The notes beneath the pieces were generated by a model that was given only the letters and a program-made list of their open reading frames with translations, did no database searches and had not been told where the DNA came from. From Gammaproteobacteria bacterium (lineage in GTDB: Bacteria > Pseudomonadota > Gammaproteobacteria > CAJXQU01), in assembly GCA_965238175.1 (NCBI GenBank), contig CBDEGZ010000003.1, forward strand, positions 2,368,001-2,432,000: a stretch of DNA of 64,000 nt, in the 5' to 3' direction. Positions 33,793 to 44,989 of this stretch are shown piece after piece (position 1 is the stretch's first letter; each line of letters begins with the position of its first letter). The position numbers and the translations under genes are program-made.

Positions 33793-33816
33793 TTTGATTA
33801 TTATTCAGTCTAAATA

Positions 33817-36465
33817 TCACTCAGAATCAGAGGTGGGTTCACTATCATCAGAGTTTCCACCTTCTTCATTTTCTTCCGTATCAACAGCTGAATCATTCTC
33901 GCCTTCGTCATCACCAACATCCATGATCCTTTCTAAACCAACCAGGGCTTCATCTTTACTCAACGTGATCAAATTCACGCCTTGCGTGTTTCGCCCAACG
34001 ACTGAGACATCTTTTACAGGTGTCCGTACCAATGTGCCTTTATTACTGATCAACATGATTTCATCATCATCATGAACCAGCACCGCACCAATGGCATCAC
34101 CATTTCGTTCAGAGGTTTGAATCGCGATCAAACCTTGGCCGCCGCGCCCCTGTATGGAATATTCAGCGATATTGGTTCGCTTACCAAAACCATGTTCGGT
34201 TGCCGTAAGAATTTTACCTTCATCTTCAATAGCTTCTGTTCCTATAATGATCAGCGAGATGACTTTCTGATTTCCACTCAATCGAATACCACGCACACCC
34301 CGAGCAGTGCGTCCCATAGGACGAACATCATTTTCATCGAAACAGATCGCTTTGCCATTCGTGTTGAACAGCATGACTTTATCACTACCACTGGTTAGCG
34401 CCACCCCCACCAATTGATCATCTTCATTCAAGTCAACCGCTATGATTCCGTTTGCTCGTGGTCTGGCGAAATTCATCAAAGAGGTCTTTTTAACCGTACC
34501 ACTGGCTGTCGCCATAAAGACATACTGATCTTCGGTGAACTCTTTGACAGGCAGAACCGAGGTGATCTTTTCATCCTCACCAAGCGGTAATAGATTTACG
34601 ATTGGCTTGCCACGCGCATTACGGCCAGCTTGTGGTAATTCGTAGACCTTCTTCCAATAAAGTTTCCCTTGTGAAGAAAAACATAAAATCGTGTCGTGCG
34701 TATTGGCAATAAACAGTTGGTCGACAAAATCTTCTTCTTTCATTTGCGTGGCCGATTTACCTTTACCACCCCGTCTTTGCGATCGATACAGTTCTAACGA
34801 TTGTGCTTTCGCATAACCTGCATGCGATAACGTAACTACCATATCCTCTTCGGTGATCAAATCTTCCAGGCTCAAGTCAAGATGAGTATCAAGAATTTCT
34901 GTACGTCGCTCATCTCCAAACTGTTCATTAATCGAGACAAGCTCGTCACGAATGACACTCATCAAACGTTCTGGACGTGAAAGAATATCGAGAAGATCAT
35001 CAATAATTTCGATCAGCTCTTTGTAATCCTTAACAATTTTTTCTTGCTCAAGACCGGTCAAACGATGTAATCGTAATTCAAGAATTGCCTGCGCCTGCGC
35101 TTCTGAAAGTTGATATCCTTTGTCAGTCAAACCAAACTCAGATCCAAGTCCATCGGGTCGTGATGCATCTGAACCTGCACGATCCAGTAAATCTGTGACA
35201 ATACCAGGCGCCCATATTTCTGCTAAAAGCTTGGTTTTTGCTTCTGCTGGATTTGCGGATTCTTTGATCAATTTTATAACGGGATCAATATTCGCTAATG
35301 CAACAGCCAATCCTTCGAGAAGATGGGCTTTTTCCCGCGCTTTACGTAGATCAAAAATCGTTCTGCGAGTAACCACTTCTCGGCGATGCCGAATAAACGC
35401 ATCAATGAGTTGCTGAAGATTCAATAAACGCGGTTGATTATCGACTAACGCAACGCAGTTAATGCCGAACACTACTTGCATTTGTGTTTGTTTATAGAGA
35501 TTATTTAACAGAACTTCAGGCGACTCACCTTTTTTCAGTTCGATAACCAAACGCATGCCATCTTTATCGGACTCATCACGCAGACCATCCGGACGAATAC
35601 CTTCGATCTTTTTCTCTTTAACCAGCTCGGCAATCTTTTCGATCAAGCGCGCTTTATTCACCTGATAAGGAAGCTCTCTAACAACTATTGCTAAACGCTT
35701 GTCATCATCGCCTTCACCTTCAATTTCTATTCGTGATCGAATATGCACACGACCACGACCGGTATGATATGCCTCACGGATCCCTTTCGCGCCATTGATT
35801 ATTCCTGCCGTTGGGAAATCCGGCCCTGGCAAATATTCCATCAACCCGTCAATATCAATTTTGGGATTATCGATCATCGCAACACAAGCATTGATCACTT
35901 CTGTCAGGTTATGTGGTGGTATATTCGTTGCCATACCAACCGCAATACCACTGGAACCATTGATCAGAAGGTTAGGTATTCTGGTTGGAAAAACGGTCGG
36001 CTCGTGCTCAGACTCATCGTAGTTCGGTGAGAAATCGACAGTTTCTTTATCGATATCTGCCAACAATTCGTGCGCAATTTTTGCCATACGTACTTCGGTG
36101 TAACGCATCGCCGCTGGTGAATCACCATCAACCGAACCAAAATTACCCTGACCATCAACCAACATGTAGCGCAACGAAAATGGCTGCGCCATTCGTACAA
36201 TCGTATCGTAGATAGCGCTATCACCATGTGGATGGTATTTACCCATCACATCACCAACGATACGAGCGGATTTTTTATAGGGTTTATTCCAGTCGTTGTT
36301 CTGCTCATGCATAGCAAAAAGTGAACGTCGATGAACCGGTTTAAGCCCATCTCGGGCATCTGGTAAGGCGCGTCCTACGATTACGCTCATAGCGTAAGCG
36401 AGGTACGACTCCTTCATTTCATCTTCAATATTTATCTGCGAGAGATTCTTGGCGAAATCGACCAT
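33817..36465 (-). CDS. gyrA: DNA gyrase subunit A
   Basis: [32 protein letters not shown], GyrA box QRRGGKG. Confidence 0.99.
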   Translation of the reverse strand: MVDFAKNLSQINIEDEMKESYLAYAMSVIVGRALPDARDGLKPVHRRSLFAMHEQNNDWNKPYKKSARIVGDVMGKYHPHGDSAIYDTIVRMAQPFSLRYMLVDGQGNFGSVDGDSPAAMRYTEVRMAKIAHELLADIDKETVDFSPNYDESEHEPTVFPTRIPNLLINGSSGIAVGMATNIPPHNLTEVINACVAMIDNPKIDIDGLMEYLPGPDFPTAGIINGAKGIREAYHTGRGRVHIRSRIEIEGEGDDDKRLAIVVRELPYQVNKARLIEKIAELVKEKKIEGIRPDGLRDESDKDGMRLVIELKKGESPEVLLNNLYKQTQMQVVFGINCVALVDNQPRLLNLQQLIDAFIRHRREVVTRRTIFDLRKAREKAHLLEGLAVALANIDPVIKLIKESANPAEAKTKLLAEIWAPGIVTDLLDRAGSDASRPDGLGSEFGLTDKGYQLSEAQAQAILELRLHRLTGLEQEKIVKDYKELIEIIDDLLDILSRPERLMSVIRDELVSINEQFGDERRTEILDTHLDLSLEDLITEEDMVVTLSHAGYAKAQSLELYRSQRRGGKGKSATQMKEEDFVDQLFIANTHDTILCFSSQGKLYWKKVYELPQAGRNARGKPIVNLLPLGEDEKITSVLPVKEFTEDQYVFMATASGTVKKTSLMNFARPRANGIIAVDLNEDDQLVGVALTSGSDKVMLFNTNGKAICFDENDVRPMGRTARGVRGIRLSGNQKVISLIIIGTEAIEDEGKILTATEHGFGKRTNIAEYSIQGRGGQGLIAIQTSERNGDAIGAVLVHDDDEIMLISNKGTLVRTPVKDVSVVGRNTQGVNLITLSKDEALVGLERIMDVGDDEGENDSAVDTEENEEGGNSDDSEPTSDSE

Positions 36466-36512
36466 ATATGCTTGGATTCAGTGATTTTTATTGTTGGGAG
36501 TTTAAGCGCGGA

Positions 36513-36521
36513 ATTGTAACA
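36513..36521 (-). promoter_or_regulatory. Candidate extended -10 promoter of gyrA
   Basis: TGTTACAAT (TGn-TACAAT) about 50 bp upstream of the ATG. Confidence 0.45.
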
Positions 36522-36731
36522 TATATTGTGTGTTAGCGACACAATGGACAAGCCTTAACTAATACAGCTCAATGTCAATTATTAAGCACTTTCTCTATGA
36601 TTGGCTTTAGCTTTGACAAAGCCTTAAGAAAAGTGTCGATGTAGAACTACTGATAACTAATACTAAAGAACAAACTCTACATCCATCGTTGTCCATCCAA
36701 TTGATACTTTAATTAGTTCTATAACCTTAAT

Positions 36732-37957
36732 TGTAGAAATTCAGACTTGATCTGACAGTTACCCCTTTTTCTGTAACTGACTGTCAGGTTAAGTTTAGTT
36801 CAAAAACTTTTCCTTCCAGATAGCTTGTCCGTCGATGAGTGTTTCCATCGGCGTCCTCCCGCAGCACATTTTGCCTTGGTGAGTTCGTTGAGTATTGTAT
36901 TTGAGCAACCATTCGTCAAGGTCGAGTTGCAGTTCATCAATCGATTGGTAAATTTTCTTACGCAAAGCGACTTGATAAAACTCATTGAGGATCGTCTTAT
37001 GGAATCGCTCACAAATACCATTCGTCTGAGGTGATTTGACCTTGGTTTTGGTGTGTTCGATATTGTTCAACGCCATATAAAGCTGATAATCATGCTGGTC
37101 AGCTCGCCCACAATACTCCGTCCCTCTATCTGTCAAAATGCGCAACATAGGCAAACGTTGTTCTTCGTAGAATGGGAGGACGCGGTCATTGAGCATGTCA
37201 GCTGCCGTAATCGGTGTTTTAGTCGGGTACAGTTTCGCGTGAGCGACCTTGCTGTAAGTATCAACAAACGTTTGTTGATAAACCCGACCAATGCCTTTGA
37301 AAGTACCGACATAGTAAGTATCTTGCGAGCCAAGATAACCAGGGTGTGCCGTCTCTATCTCGCCACAAGCCTCATCGTCGTCTTTCTTGCGTTCCATCGC
37401 CGCGACTTGAGACTCAGTGAGGATCAAGCCTTCACCAGCTACCTTATCAGACAATGCCTTCAGGCGATCTTTAAAGCAAGCAAGACCATGACGAAGCCAG
37501 ATACAACGAACGCCACTGGGTGAGACAAATGTTCCCCGTTTGCGCAGCTCGTTACTGGTGCGCGTTTGACCATGTGCGGGCTCTTCCAGTGCATACTCGA
37601 GCACAACGGTTTCAATAGCCGGGTCGATTCTGTTTTTAAGATTTGGGGTACGCCGATTACGATCAAACAAGGCTTCTACACCGCCTTCATCAGCCGCTTC
37701 TTTGTAGCGATAAAATGTATCTCTGGACAAACCCATCATCTTGCAGGCTTTTGAGACATTGCCGAGTTCTTCAGCGAGATTGAGTAGACCAACTTTATGT
37801 TTTATAACTTTGTCATTAGTATGAATCATGAGAGTTACCTCTTTGTGTTTTGATGTTTACGTTGCAGTTACATCAAAGCGGGTAACTCTCACTAAATCAA
37901 GCGTCGCTACGCTCCGCTTGATTTAGTGATGTGTCAGATTGGGTCTAAACTTCTACA
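36732..37957 (-). mobile_element. IS481-family insertion sequence, copy 2 (1226 bp)
   Basis: Same ends as copy 1; 7-bp duplication CCTTAAT at 36725-36731 and 37958-37964. Confidence 0.95.
36795..37829 (-). CDS. IS481-family transposase
   Basis: Identical to 11309..12343 except the penultimate residue (L vs V). Confidence 0.96.
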   Translation of the reverse strand: MIHTNDKVIKHKVGLLNLAEELGNVSKACKMMGLSRDTFYRYKEAADEGGVEALFDRNRRTPNLKNRIDPAIETVVLEYALEEPAHGQTRTSNELRKRGTFVSPSGVRCIWLRHGLACFKDRLKALSDKVAGEGLILTESQVAAMERKKDDDEACGEIETAHPGYLGSQDTYYVGTFKGIGRVYQQTFVDTYSKVAHAKLYPTKTPITAADMLNDRVLPFYEEQRLPMLRILTDRGTEYCGRADQHDYQLYMALNNIEHTKTKVKSPQTNGICERFHKTILNEFYQVALRKKIYQSIDELQLDLDEWLLKYNTQRTHQGKMCCGRTPMETLIDGQAIWKEKFLN

Positions 37958-37985
37958 CCTTAATAATTACCACACGTAACTAAAA

Positions 37986-38411
37986 TCACTTCCGTTGTGA
38001 CAACTCATCTATTTCGAATTGCTCCTTTTGATCCATCGTCTTTTGTTCATCACTTGCATAACGCTCTTTTACATTACTAAGTGCACGGGTTTTATTATGC
38101 AGTTGTAACCATTGATCTTGATGTCTTTCATTGGTTGCCTTTCTCTCGAGAATTTGTAGTTCCAGTTGTTGGATGGCGACATCAAGTTGTTGAATAAAAA
38201 TTCTGATGCCTTTTAATTCTGATGCGGTTCTTATATGAGAAGGGCCTGTGCCTAATTGATCAGAATATTCCTGGCGGCAACGTTGCATGTCTGTAAGTTG
38301 AGTCTCACTTTGTTCAAGTAATTGCTGACTTTGGGCAAATTGTTTTGCCGCAGCATCTTTCTGGTTTTTGCTTAAACCGACTATTGTACTCATACGGTTC
38401 GAGCGCCTCAT
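37986..38411 (-). CDS. fliJ: Flagellar export protein FliJ
   Basis: Coiled coil, FIQQLD.AI.Q, EQ..IDE; overlaps the fliI stop. Confidence 0.88.
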   Translation of the reverse strand: MRRSNRMSTIVGLSKNQKDAAAKQFAQSQQLLEQSETQLTDMQRCRQEYSDQLGTGPSHIRTASELKGIRIFIQQLDVAIQQLELQILERKATNERHQDQWLQLHNKTRALSNVKERYASDEQKTMDQKEQFEIDELSQRK

Positions 38412-39799
38412 TCAGTTACCTCCATCTGTGCTTGAACTTGCTGTGACTGGATAACCATCGATAGCTGGTTAAGACTTTCTTGTAGCGACACTTTTTCATT
38501 CATGCCCTGACGCAGGAAGGCCTGTAAATACGGTTGTAACTCAATGGCTCGATCAAGATCAGGATTTGATCCCGGTTGATAAGCGCCCACATTAAGCAGA
38601 TCTTTATTTTGCTCGTACAAAGAAAAATAGTGTCTAAAATCTCTCGCCGTTTTTTGATGATCAGTTGAAGTAACTTGATTCATCGCACGGCTGATCGACG
38701 CTTCTATATCAATCGCTGGAAAGTGGCCAGATTCTGCAAGGCTACGTGATAAAACAATATGTCCATCTAGAATCGCACGCGCTGATTCAGCAATCGGATC
38801 ACTATTTCCATCGCCTTCCATCAATACGGTATAAAAAGCCGTAATCGAACCACCACCTTGATCTCCATTTCCTGCACGTTCAACCAGATGTGGTAATTGG
38901 GCAAAAACAGAAGGTGGAAATCCTTTCGTTGCCGGTGGTTCACCAATAGCCAATGCAATTTCACGATGCGCTTGCGCATAACGCGTTAGCGAATCCATTA
39001 ATAATAAGACATGCTTACCTTGATCGCGGAAGTATTCTGCAATGCTAGTTGCCGTTGCTGCACCGTGCATACGCATTAGTGGCGGCATATCAGCCGGTGT
39101 GGCGACGACAACTGATCGTTCCCGTGCATCATCATCAAGAATATGATCAATAAATTCTTTTACCTCACGGCCCCGCTCACCAATCAAACCTACGACAATC
39201 ACATCAGCACTGGTAAAACGCGTCATCATTCCTAACAACACACTTTTACCAACACCACTTGGTGCAAATAACCCCAGACGCTGGCCACCACCAACAGAAA
39301 GCAAGGTATTAATCGCACGGACGCCAACATCAAGTGGTGCATTGATGGGATGTCGTTTTAATGGATTGATATGGCGGCCTTGAAGCGGGAAATTCTCATC
39401 AGTTTGTAGTGAACCCTTACCGTCGAGAGGCCTACCCGTTCCATCAATAACCCTTCCTAAAAGCCCATAGCCGACAGGTACATCGCCCGCACTACCGATA
39501 GGAATGACGCGCGATCCTGGTGCGAGACCGCTAATCGAACCGATTGGCATCAGGAATAATTTTTCACCGGAGAAACCCACGACTTCAGCTTCGATTGAGG
39601 GCCCTCTATTTGTTTTGATCAAACATCGATCACCCACTGCAGCTTCGCAGCCTTCGGCTTCCAGGGTCAAACCTGCCATACGGGTAAGTTTACCTTCGAC
39701 AATCACGGGGGAAACGTTTTGCAAACGTTCTTTATAAGGAATTAAGCGTTGTTGCCAGATTTGATTACGATTTGTTTGTGTCATCGTCAAAACCCGCAA
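38408..39799 (-). CDS. fliI: Flagellar export ATPase FliI (start may be the ATG at 39784)
   Basis: SGVGKS, GLIGERGREV, MDSLTRYA, LDGHIVLSR. Confidence 0.97.
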   Translation of the reverse strand: MRVLTMTQTNRNQIWQQRLIPYKERLQNVSPVIVEGKLTRMAGLTLEAEGCEAAVGDRCLIKTNRGPSIEAEVVGFSGEKLFLMPIGSISGLAPGSRVIPIGSAGDVPVGYGLLGRVIDGTGRPLDGKGSLQTDENFPLQGRHINPLKRHPINAPLDVGVRAINTLLSVGGGQRLGLFAPSGVGKSVLLGMMTRFTSADVIVVGLIGERGREVKEFIDHILDDDARERSVVVATPADMPPLMRMHGAATATSIAEYFRDQGKHVLLLMDSLTRYAQAHREIALAIGEPPATKGFPPSVFAQLPHLVERAGNGDQGGGSITAFYTVLMEGDGNSDPIAESARAILDGHIVLSRSLAESGHFPAIDIEASISRAMNQVTSTDHQKTARDFRHYFSLYEQNKDLLNVGAYQPGSNPDLDRAIELQPYLQAFLRQGMNEKVSLQESLNQLSMVIQSQQVQAQMEVTE

Positions 39800-40474
39800 T
39801 CAATTTTGATCATCATTATGATCACTTTGTCGCTCATCGCCGAGCATTTGAGATATTTGTGCAGCTAATCTTGCTTCTATCGTCGCATCAATAAATGATG
39901 ATTGAGATTCCACTAAACAACCACCACGACTCACTAGTGGATCAGGCTCTAACTTCCATGATTCTTCTTCATCACCGATTACAAGTGCATTTTTAACTAT
40001 TACCAGGTCTTCAGGGTTAAGGTGAACTCTAGGGTGCCGTACTGAAATGGGGAGATGTCCCATCACTTGACGAACAATTCCAATAATTTCGCCTTCATTG
40101 GTTTTTAACTCACGACGAACGAGATGCTTAGCAAGTAGTGCTACCATATCAGAGATGGTTTTTTCAACTTCATCATCTAGCTGACTTAACGGATCTGCCA
40201 TAAGATTCAAAATACTTCTTAGCGTCTCCGTACGTTCTCTATGTTCATTTTCAACCTTTTGTTGACTTTCTTTATAACCCTTTGCTCGTCCTTCTTTACG
40301 ACCAAGGTTAAAACCTTCTTCATAAGCTTGTTTATGAATGTTCTCAATTTCTTCGGCAGTAGGTAGCCGTGGATTAATCGCAGAATCCATCGGCGGCATA
40401 ATGTCACCCTCAACAGAAGGTAAGTGCCAACGCTTTAATTCGTCATCTTTCTGATCTTTGATAAGCGTGGTCAT
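39800..40474 (-). CDS. fliH: Flagellar assembly protein FliH
   Basis: W.LP, PTAEEIE, AYEEG...G...G repeats, LNPED, RGGCLVE. Confidence 0.93.
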   Translation of the reverse strand: MTTLIKDQKDDELKRWHLPSVEGDIMPPMDSAINPRLPTAEEIENIHKQAYEEGFNLGRKEGRAKGYKESQQKVENEHRERTETLRSILNLMADPLSQLDDEVEKTISDMVALLAKHLVRRELKTNEGEIIGIVRQVMGHLPISVRHPRVHLNPEDLVIVKNALVIGDEEESWKLEPDPLVSRGGCLVESQSSFIDATIEARLAAQISQMLGDERQSDHNDDQN

Positions 40475-41478
40475 TAGCCAACCATCTCTTCACCACCACC
40501 ACTGGCACCTAGAGAAATCTGACCCTCATCTGCTAAGCGTCGGGCCACCACTAATACTTTTTTCTGTGCTTCTTCGACTTCGCTTAGTTTAACTGGACCT
40601 TTAGTTTCAAGATCATCCCGTAACATATCAGCAGCTCTTGAAGACATATTAGCAAAGACTTTCTCTTGTAGTTCACTCTCGGCCCCCTTAAGCGCAAGCA
40701 CTAATTCATCCGTTTGAACATCACGCAGGATAGTTTGTATGCCACGATCATCAACCTCGATCAGGTCAGCGAAAACAAACATAAGATCTTCAATCTCAGT
40801 ACAGAGATCTTCATCCGCTTCTCTGACCATTTCCATGATCGTTGAGCTGGCTGAACCCTCGATAAAGTTGAGAATATTGGCCGCAGCTTTAACGCCGCCC
40901 ATACCTGAAGATTTCACGTTTGATCCACCTTTTAGCTGAGCTTCAAGAATGTCATTCAATTCCTTCACTGCAATTGGTAAGACGCCATCAACCCCGGCAA
41001 CTCGCATTAGGACATCTGTTCTCACTCTGTCGTCGAACTCAGACAATATTGAAGCGGATTGATCGCTATCCAGATAAGACAAGACTACGGCAATAATCTG
41101 TGGGTGCTCATTTCTGATCAAATCAGCTACCGCTTTAGCCTCCATCCATTTAAGTGACTCTAATCCTTTTGTGTTACCACCGAGCAAGATCCTATCCAGC
41201 ATGCCTCCGGCTTTTTCCTCACCCAGCGCATTGACCAAAACATTTCTTACGTATTCATCGGAGCCCATGCCTAGCCCCGTCTCTTTCTGAATTTCCTGTA
41301 TAAATTTATTCAAGGTGTCGGCAACAAATTCTTTAGGTACGCTGTCCAGTTCAGACATTGCAACACCCACAGCTTGAACCGCTTTTGGCCCCATATGAGA
41401 GAGTATCTCTGCAGCGATTTTCTCACCCAAGGCCATCAGTAGGACAGCGACTTTTTTAGTACCGTCTTCCTCAGCCAT
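40474..41478 (-). CDS. fliG: Flagellar motor switch protein FliG
   Basis: EHPQIIA, GGVKAAANILN, MFVF, NMSSRAA, VEEAQ. Confidence 0.98.
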   Translation of the reverse strand: MAEEDGTKKVAVLLMALGEKIAAEILSHMGPKAVQAVGVAMSELDSVPKEFVADTLNKFIQEIQKETGLGMGSDEYVRNVLVNALGEEKAGGMLDRILLGGNTKGLESLKWMEAKAVADLIRNEHPQIIAVVLSYLDSDQSASILSEFDDRVRTDVLMRVAGVDGVLPIAVKELNDILEAQLKGGSNVKSSGMGGVKAAANILNFIEGSASSTIMEMVREADEDLCTEIEDLMFVFADLIEVDDRGIQTILRDVQTDELVLALKGAESELQEKVFANMSSRAADMLRDDLETKGPVKLSEVEEAQKKVLVVARRLADEGQISLGASGGGEEMVG

Positions 41479-41505
41479 ATGTACTTTCCTTAGTAAGCAT
41501 TACCC

Positions 41506-43224
41506 TCACTCACCAACCCAATTTTTAACCACTTGAGCTGCCATTTTTGGTTCGTCTTTTACATAATCTCGCACTGATGCGAGACTGGTTTCATAACTGG
41601 ATCCCTTTCCTAGCTCAGATATAGGAACACTAACTGCGGTATCTGCCACAGTATTATCTTGCACTTGTCGCATTGGCTGCCCGTTTTCATCAAGTAATGG
41701 CTTTCCATCTGGACCTAGCATTACGTAATTCTTATCATAATCAAGTGCGGCAGCGGCAGCGGCTTCCGATTTAGTCATTATGCTTTTGATTGTTGGACGC
41801 AAAACACCAAATAATAAATAGAGCACGAACAAACCTCCTAATACCTGTTTGCCTACATCCCAAACCCAGGCTTGCTCCCAGATCGCCTGTTCTGGTAGTG
41901 GTTCAACTGCTGGCGCAACAAAGAAGTTCTTTGCAATGACGCTCACGGTATCACCCCGGGCGACATTAAAACCTACCGCATCCTTAATCAATTTTGTAAA
42001 ACCTTCGATCTCTTCGGCAGAGTATGGCGTTTGTGTTGCTTTACCAGCCTCGTCAATTAGAGAAGGATTGTTCAATACAACTGCGACAGATAATTTTTCA
42101 AGTGTACCAACCGCTTTTTGTGTATGACTGATGGTTTTATCAAGTTCATAATTTCGTGTTTCTTTCTTACGTAACTGTTGTTGTTCTGAGGCGGGGGCTT
42201 CAGCACCTTCACCTTCAACAGTCGCAACTTCTGGCACCTCTCCAGTACCTGGGGGTTGATTGGTTAATGCACCGGGAACACCCGCAGCAAGACCGCCACC
42301 GGTTCGTTGTTCTTCTGTCATCTGCTCACTACGAATGGCAGGTAGATCAGGATTGAACGTTTCGCTGGTTTGTTCTGTAGAAGTGAAATCAAGATCAGCT
42401 GTTACTTGCGCCCTAACATCATCAAGTCCAACAATAGGTTGTAAAATTGTTTCAATCCGTTTGACATAGGTATCTTCAACACGTCTTGTGTAATCAAACC
42501 GTTCTGCACTGACTGCCATTTCGCTTGCACCAGCACGGGTCAATAATCGTCCAGATTGATCAACAACCGTGACACCAGAAGCATTTAGGCTAGGAACACT
42601 GGCAGAAACCATGTGCGCAATAGCCGCTATTTGGCCATCTTCTAATCGTCTACCCGCATAGAGATCAAGAACCACTGACGCGCTGGTTGCCTTTTTGTCT
42701 CGTGTGAAAACTGAATCTTTAGGAATGGCTAAATGAACTCTCGCACCTCGTACGTTAGTGATATTAGAAATTGATCGGGATAGTTCAGCTTCTAAGGCAC
42801 GTTGATAACGTGCTCTTTCAATAAATTGGCTAGTTCCAAAACCCTGTTCATCTTGCAGCATTTCAAAACCCATACTGCTACTTTTGGGTAATCCTTGCGC
42901 TGCCAGTTTCAATCGAGTTTCATGCAACTTGGCTGTTGGGATCAAAATACCTCCAGATGCACTATCAACTTTGTACTCGATTCCGGAGCCCTGTAATGCA
43001 TCTATTGCTGCACTCGCGTCCCGATCAGATAAGTTGCCAAACAAAAGACTATAGTTTGGCGTTTGAGACCACATCACAACGGCAACACCAAGTGCGACAC
43101 TCGCTGCAATACCGATCAATAATCCTGCTTGTCTTAAAACATGACCCGTTGTATCTGGTGGTGGTTGCACCAACATCGGCTGTGCAAAATTTTGATTTGG
43201 ATTTGCTACTTCATTCTCTGCCAT
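41506..43224 (-). CDS. fliF: Flagellar MS-ring protein FliF
   Basis: FGTSQF.E..RYQRALE.EL, ARVHLAIP, GVPGALTNQPP, RNYELD. Confidence 0.98.
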   Translation of the reverse strand: MAENEVANPNQNFAQPMLVQPPPDTTGHVLRQAGLLIGIAASVALGVAVVMWSQTPNYSLLFGNLSDRDASAAIDALQGSGIEYKVDSASGGILIPTAKLHETRLKLAAQGLPKSSSMGFEMLQDEQGFGTSQFIERARYQRALEAELSRSISNITNVRGARVHLAIPKDSVFTRDKKATSASVVLDLYAGRRLEDGQIAAIAHMVSASVPSLNASGVTVVDQSGRLLTRAGASEMAVSAERFDYTRRVEDTYVKRIETILQPIVGLDDVRAQVTADLDFTSTEQTSETFNPDLPAIRSEQMTEEQRTGGGLAAGVPGALTNQPPGTGEVPEVATVEGEGAEAPASEQQQLRKKETRNYELDKTISHTQKAVGTLEKLSVAVVLNNPSLIDEAGKATQTPYSAEEIEGFTKLIKDAVGFNVARGDTVSVIAKNFFVAPAVEPLPEQAIWEQAWVWDVGKQVLGGLFVLYLLFGVLRPTIKSIMTKSEAAAAAALDYDKNYVMLGPDGKPLLDENGQPMRQVQDNTVADTAVSVPISELGKGSSYETSLASVRDYVKDEPKMAAQVVKNWVGE

Positions 43225-43289
43225 GTGATTTCTCTTACTTCCTTAATTTACTAGCCCTTTAGTATTAAATAACTAATAGTATTGGATAA

Positions 43290-43604
43290 CTAAATAGGCA
43301 TGTTCATAATTTGTTGATAGGCTTCGACCATCTTATTTCTTACTTGAACAGTCGCTTGAAATTCAATACCCGCTTTTTGTAATGACACCATTACATCAGC
43401 AATTTCCACATCTTTGCCAGACTCATAAGCTTTAACTTTTTCACCTGCAGCTTTTTGTGTTTCATTCACATGATCAACGGCTGATTTCATTACCGTTGTA
43501 AAATTATTCGATGGCGCTTGAACTGCATTTGGCTGAATACCTTCTGCACGTGACTGCATCGCTCGCATTTGCGCGAGTACCGATTGGATTGCCATATCTG
43601 CCAT
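43290..43604 (-). CDS. fliE: Flagellar hook-basal body protein FliE
   Basis: VMVSLQKA...FQ..VQVRNK..EAYQ.IMNMP. Confidence 0.96.
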   Translation of the reverse strand: MADMAIQSVLAQMRAMQSRAEGIQPNAVQAPSNNFTTVMKSAVDHVNETQKAAGEKVKAYESGKDVEIADVMVSLQKAGIEFQATVQVRNKMVEAYQQIMNMPI

Positions 43605-43615
43605 ATTTTCTCTCC

Positions 43616-44989
43616 CTAAGCCGGTACGGCTATTCCTTGATCACGCATTTTTGCTAATTTATAACGCAATGTTCTTGGGCTAATCCCAAGCTTTTCTGAA
43701 GCGTCTTTTCGACTACCTCCACACTCTTCCAACGCCTCAATAATTAATTGATATTCTTGATCTCTAAGATTGTTACCCAAATCACTAGAATTGGTATTAA
43801 TTTCATTTTGACTATGATTATTTTGAGGTTCATGTTCTCTTGTATCATCTAAAGGATGAACATCGCCCAAGTCTTCAAAGATCAAGTCTTCGGCATTTAT
43901 TTCGTCACCCGTCTGTAAAATCAAAGCACGTTGCATAACGTTATCCAATTCACGTACATTCCCAGGCCAGGCGTGTGTCATTAGCTTTTCTGCCGCATAC
44001 TCCGTCACTTCAGGAATATAACCACCTTGGGATTTTGCGGTTCTGTATAAGAGAAATTCGGCTAAGGGAACGATGTCTTCAGGACGATTTCTGAGCGCTG
44101 GCATTTTGATCGGAAAAACATTAAGTCGATAAAAAAGATCTTCTCTAAAACATCCTTCTTTGACTTCCGTTTTCAGATCTCTATTTGTCGTTGCAACAAT
44201 GCGCACATCTAGATCAATAACTTTATTTCCGCCGAGCCTTTCAACTTGTTTTTCTTGCAAGACTCTTAAAATTTTTGCTTGCAACCCCAAATCCATTTCT
44301 GATATTTCATCCAGTAATAAAGTACTTCCTTGCGCTTGTTCAAATTTACCCGCACTCGCTTTATACGCGCCAGTAAATGCGCCTTTTTCGTAGCCAAATA
44401 AAACCGCTTCAAGCATATTGTCAGGAATCGCCGCACAATTGATCGCAACCGGATCTTTGTTTGATCGTTCCGAACGATTATGGATATAACGAAACAGTAC
44501 TTCTTTACCTGTACCACTTTCACCACTTACCATCACCGTTGCATCACTCATTGCAACTCGCCGCGCGACATCCAATACGTCTTTCATACGTTGATCTTCA
44601 GCAATGACACCATCTTCCATCGCTAAAACCAAGGGCATAATCTGAGCGACTTTGCTAACTAATACCGTCGATTCAAAAGGTTTAACCAGATAATCAACCG
44701 CACCATCCTGAATAGCTTTAATTGCATTTTGGATTGTGCCGTATGCTGTCATTAACAGGACTGGCAAATCAGTTCGACGGGTTTTAATATTTTTCAATAA
44801 AGTGTGGCCATCCATTTGATCCATTTGTACATCGCTGATCACCAGATCAACGTGTTCATCATCAATGATCAATAATGCTTTCTGCCCATTCTCAGCTGAA
44901 AGAGTGTCATAACCACCTAATTGCAAGGTGTCACAGATTGCTTCTCTGAGATTGAGATCATCTTCAACAACAAGTACAACTGGCTTCAT
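43616..44989 (-). CDS. fleR: Sigma54-dependent response regulator FleR/FlrC
   Basis: Receiver domain, GESGTGKE, GAFTGA, Fis HTH LGISPRTLRYKL; position before fliE. Confidence 0.92.
   Translation of the reverse strand: MKPVVLVVEDDLNLREAICDTLQLGGYDTLSAENGQKALLIIDDEHVDLVISDVQMDQMDGHTLLKNIKTRRTDLPVLLMTAYGTIQNAIKAIQDGAVDYLVKPFESTVLVSKVAQIMPLVLAMEDGVIAEDQRMKDVLDVARRVAMSDATVMVSGESGTGKEVLFRYIHNRSERSNKDPVAINCAAIPDNMLEAVLFGYEKGAFTGAYKASAGKFEQAQGSTLLLDEISEMDLGLQAKILRVLQEKQVERLGGNKVIDLDVRIVATTNRDLKTEVKEGCFREDLFYRLNVFPIKMPALRNRPEDIVPLAEFLLYRTAKSQGGYIPEVTEYAAEKLMTHAWPGNVRELDNVMQRALILQTGDEINAEDLIFEDLGDVHPLDDTREHEPQNNHSQNEINTNSSDLGNNLRDQEYQLIIEALEECGGSRKDASEKLGISPRTLRYKLAKMRDQGIAVPA

Noticed and set aside
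36200-36245. Quinolone-resistance substitutions in GyrA
   Set aside because: The QRDR reads HGDSAIYD, with Ser and Asp at the positions equivalent to E. coli 83 and 87.
11246-37957. Composite transposon bounded by the two co-oriented IS481 copies
   Set aside because: Each copy has its own different 7-bp duplication and the interval holds core genes (gyrA, rpsA, mfd), so these are independent insertions.
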